Assembly: GCA_963764745.1 (NCBI GenBank)
Contig: CAVXTN010000002.1
Coordinates: 20,589-84,588, forward strand
DNA from: Candidatus Aminicenantes bacterium
Lineage (GTDB): Bacteria > Acidobacteriota > Aminicenantia > UBA2199
DNA: 64,000 nt
Direction of reading: 5' to 3'
This document shows, piece by piece, positions 63,184 through 64,000 of this stretch. Under the pieces are notes generated by a model, which ran no database searches, was not told the DNA's origin, and saw only the letters and a list, made by a program, of their open reading frames with translations. Every line of letters starts with the position of its first letter. Position 1 is the first letter of the stretch. A program made the translations under genes and the position numbers.

Positions 63184-64000
63184 TTATTTTTTTTCGATAT
63201 TCAGGTGGAAGAATGTCCTGCCGAAATATTCGTCATAAAAGGAGACGAAATCATCCAGGGAATAGCCCAGGCCGATCAGTCTCTTGCGGATGAACTTCTG
63301 GTGCAGGTTGCGGCTGCGGGTGATGTTGCGCGAGGAGACGCGGTAGTGGATCTCGGCCTGTTCGGGCTGGAAGAGCTTCAGGATCGGCCACATGACATGG
63401 ACCAGCGACTCGCGCTCGAACACCCACATGCTGGGATGGATGTAGCAGCAGAATTCGACGAAATTCTTGTTCTGGCCGATGGCATTGGGCGTGACGTGCA
63501 GGGCGATATAGCCGGTGCCGCCGGTAAGGAAAACCCCGGTATAGCCCGGCGGGTCGAAATCATGGTCGAAGATGAAAGGGGTGTCGGTGGAGAGCAGCAC
63601 GTCGTCGAAGCAGTCCTCCAGCAGGTAGAGGGCCTCGTCTTCGCGCACCTTGGGATCGCAGAGCGATTTGATGAATTTCTGGTCGCAGTCATAGAAGGCG
63701 CAGGCCAGGTATTCCTCCTGCTGCGAGTTGACCATCAGCTTCAGCTTGCGGTCGCTGCGCGCCAGCTTCAGCGAATGCTGCGAATACCGGGTGATGACCT
63801 CCTCGCGCAGATGGCGGATCATCCTGGCCATGTCCTTGCGGTAGAGATTGGCGATGAACATCTTGCCTTCGGGGATGTCGATGGGGGCCTGGATGTCGAT
63901 GACATAGCGCGAGTAGCAGTCGACGGGGACCTTGAAGCACTGCTTGCGCAGCGATTCCCGGTCGGAGATCTTCAGGTCCTTGAGCAGCGGCGTGGGGGCG
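63184..64000 (-). CDS. Hypothetical protein, 5' end off-window; weak AdoMetDC-like core pattern
   Basis: ORF 63184..63861 stays open in the same frame to the window edge (upstream residues ...LLKDLKISDRESLRKQCFKVPVDCYSRYVIDIQAPIDIPEGK-MFIANLY). The segment GYTGVFLTGGTGYIALHVTPN...FVEFCCYIH loosely resembles the GVSGVV..ESH.(S/T)IH(T/S).PE...D(V/I).TC core of class-1 S-adenosylmethionine decarboxylases but lacks the Glu-Ser cleavage site. Confidence 0.5.
   Translation of the reverse strand, partial: APTPLLKDLKISDRESLRKQCFKVPVDCYSRYVIDIQAPIDIPEGKMFIANLYRKDMARMIRHLREEVITRYSQHSLKLARSDRKLKLMVNSQQEEYLACAFYDCDQKFIKSLCDPKVREDEALYLLEDCFDDVLLSTDTPFIFDHDFDPPGYTGVFLTGGTGYIALHVTPNAIGQNKNFVEFCCYIHPSMWVFERESLVHVMWPILKLFQPEQAEIHYRVSSRNITRSRNLHQKFIRKRLIGLGYSLDDFVSFYDEYFGRTFFHLNIEKK

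Overview
This is a 64-kb chromosomal segment from a GC-rich diderm bacterium (about 55-60% G+C by eye, not computed). The lineage cannot be assigned from this window. It combines a Firmicutes-style radA-yacL-ispF cluster with a Proteobacteria-style lolB-like-ispE-prs-ctc-pth cluster. I can support 54 protein genes and 2 tRNAs (Gln-UUG, Leu-UAA). Positions 1-20425 hold 17 consecutive plus-strand housekeeping genes: corC-like, era, sensor kinase, ppiD-like, OPT transporter, M24 peptidase, lipA, phosphoesterase, GAF-like protein, Slt, HEAT-repeat protein, ddl, ruvX, mltG, pgeF and two MacB-type permeases. Positions 20628-41090 hold 21 consecutive minus-strand protein genes plus tRNA-Gln: parB, parA, der, ispF, yacL-like, radA, mlaD/F/E, dnaB, rplI, rpsR, rpsF, pth, rplY, prs, ispE, a lipoprotein, hppA, and APC and SNF transporters. 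The 41.2-64 kb region has mixed orientation: tRNA-Leu, a tetR-tolC-MFP-RND efflux operon, tag, a 633-aa ACT-like repeat protein, uvrB, a small Slt, DUF4416, a TPR/propeller protein, a hybrid sensor kinase, nadK, tlyA, a secreted beta-propeller protein and two unknowns. I saw no rRNA, CRISPR array, transposase, integrase, phage, toxin-antitoxin or recognisable defence gene. The dominant property of the sequence looks technical. Many clearly essential genes are split over 2-8 reading frames, so the gene spans below are reconstructed across frame breaks and their ends are approximate. I did not find a convincing new multi-gene system. The best leads are: (1) a dif-like XerCD site exactly where the two 20-kb co-oriented gene blocks converge, with an AT-richer parAB pair and non-canonical perfect palindromes beside it; (2) an mlaEFD operon whose MlaD carries a long C-terminal helical plus beta-barrel-like extension; (3) a low-GC, frame-intact 11x HEAT/LRV-repeat membrane protein wedged between slt and ddl; (4) arrays of AGTGAWN heptamers forming a long hairpin after tRNA-Leu; (5) an uncharacterised 633-aa protein of repeated ACT-like modules upstream of uvrB.
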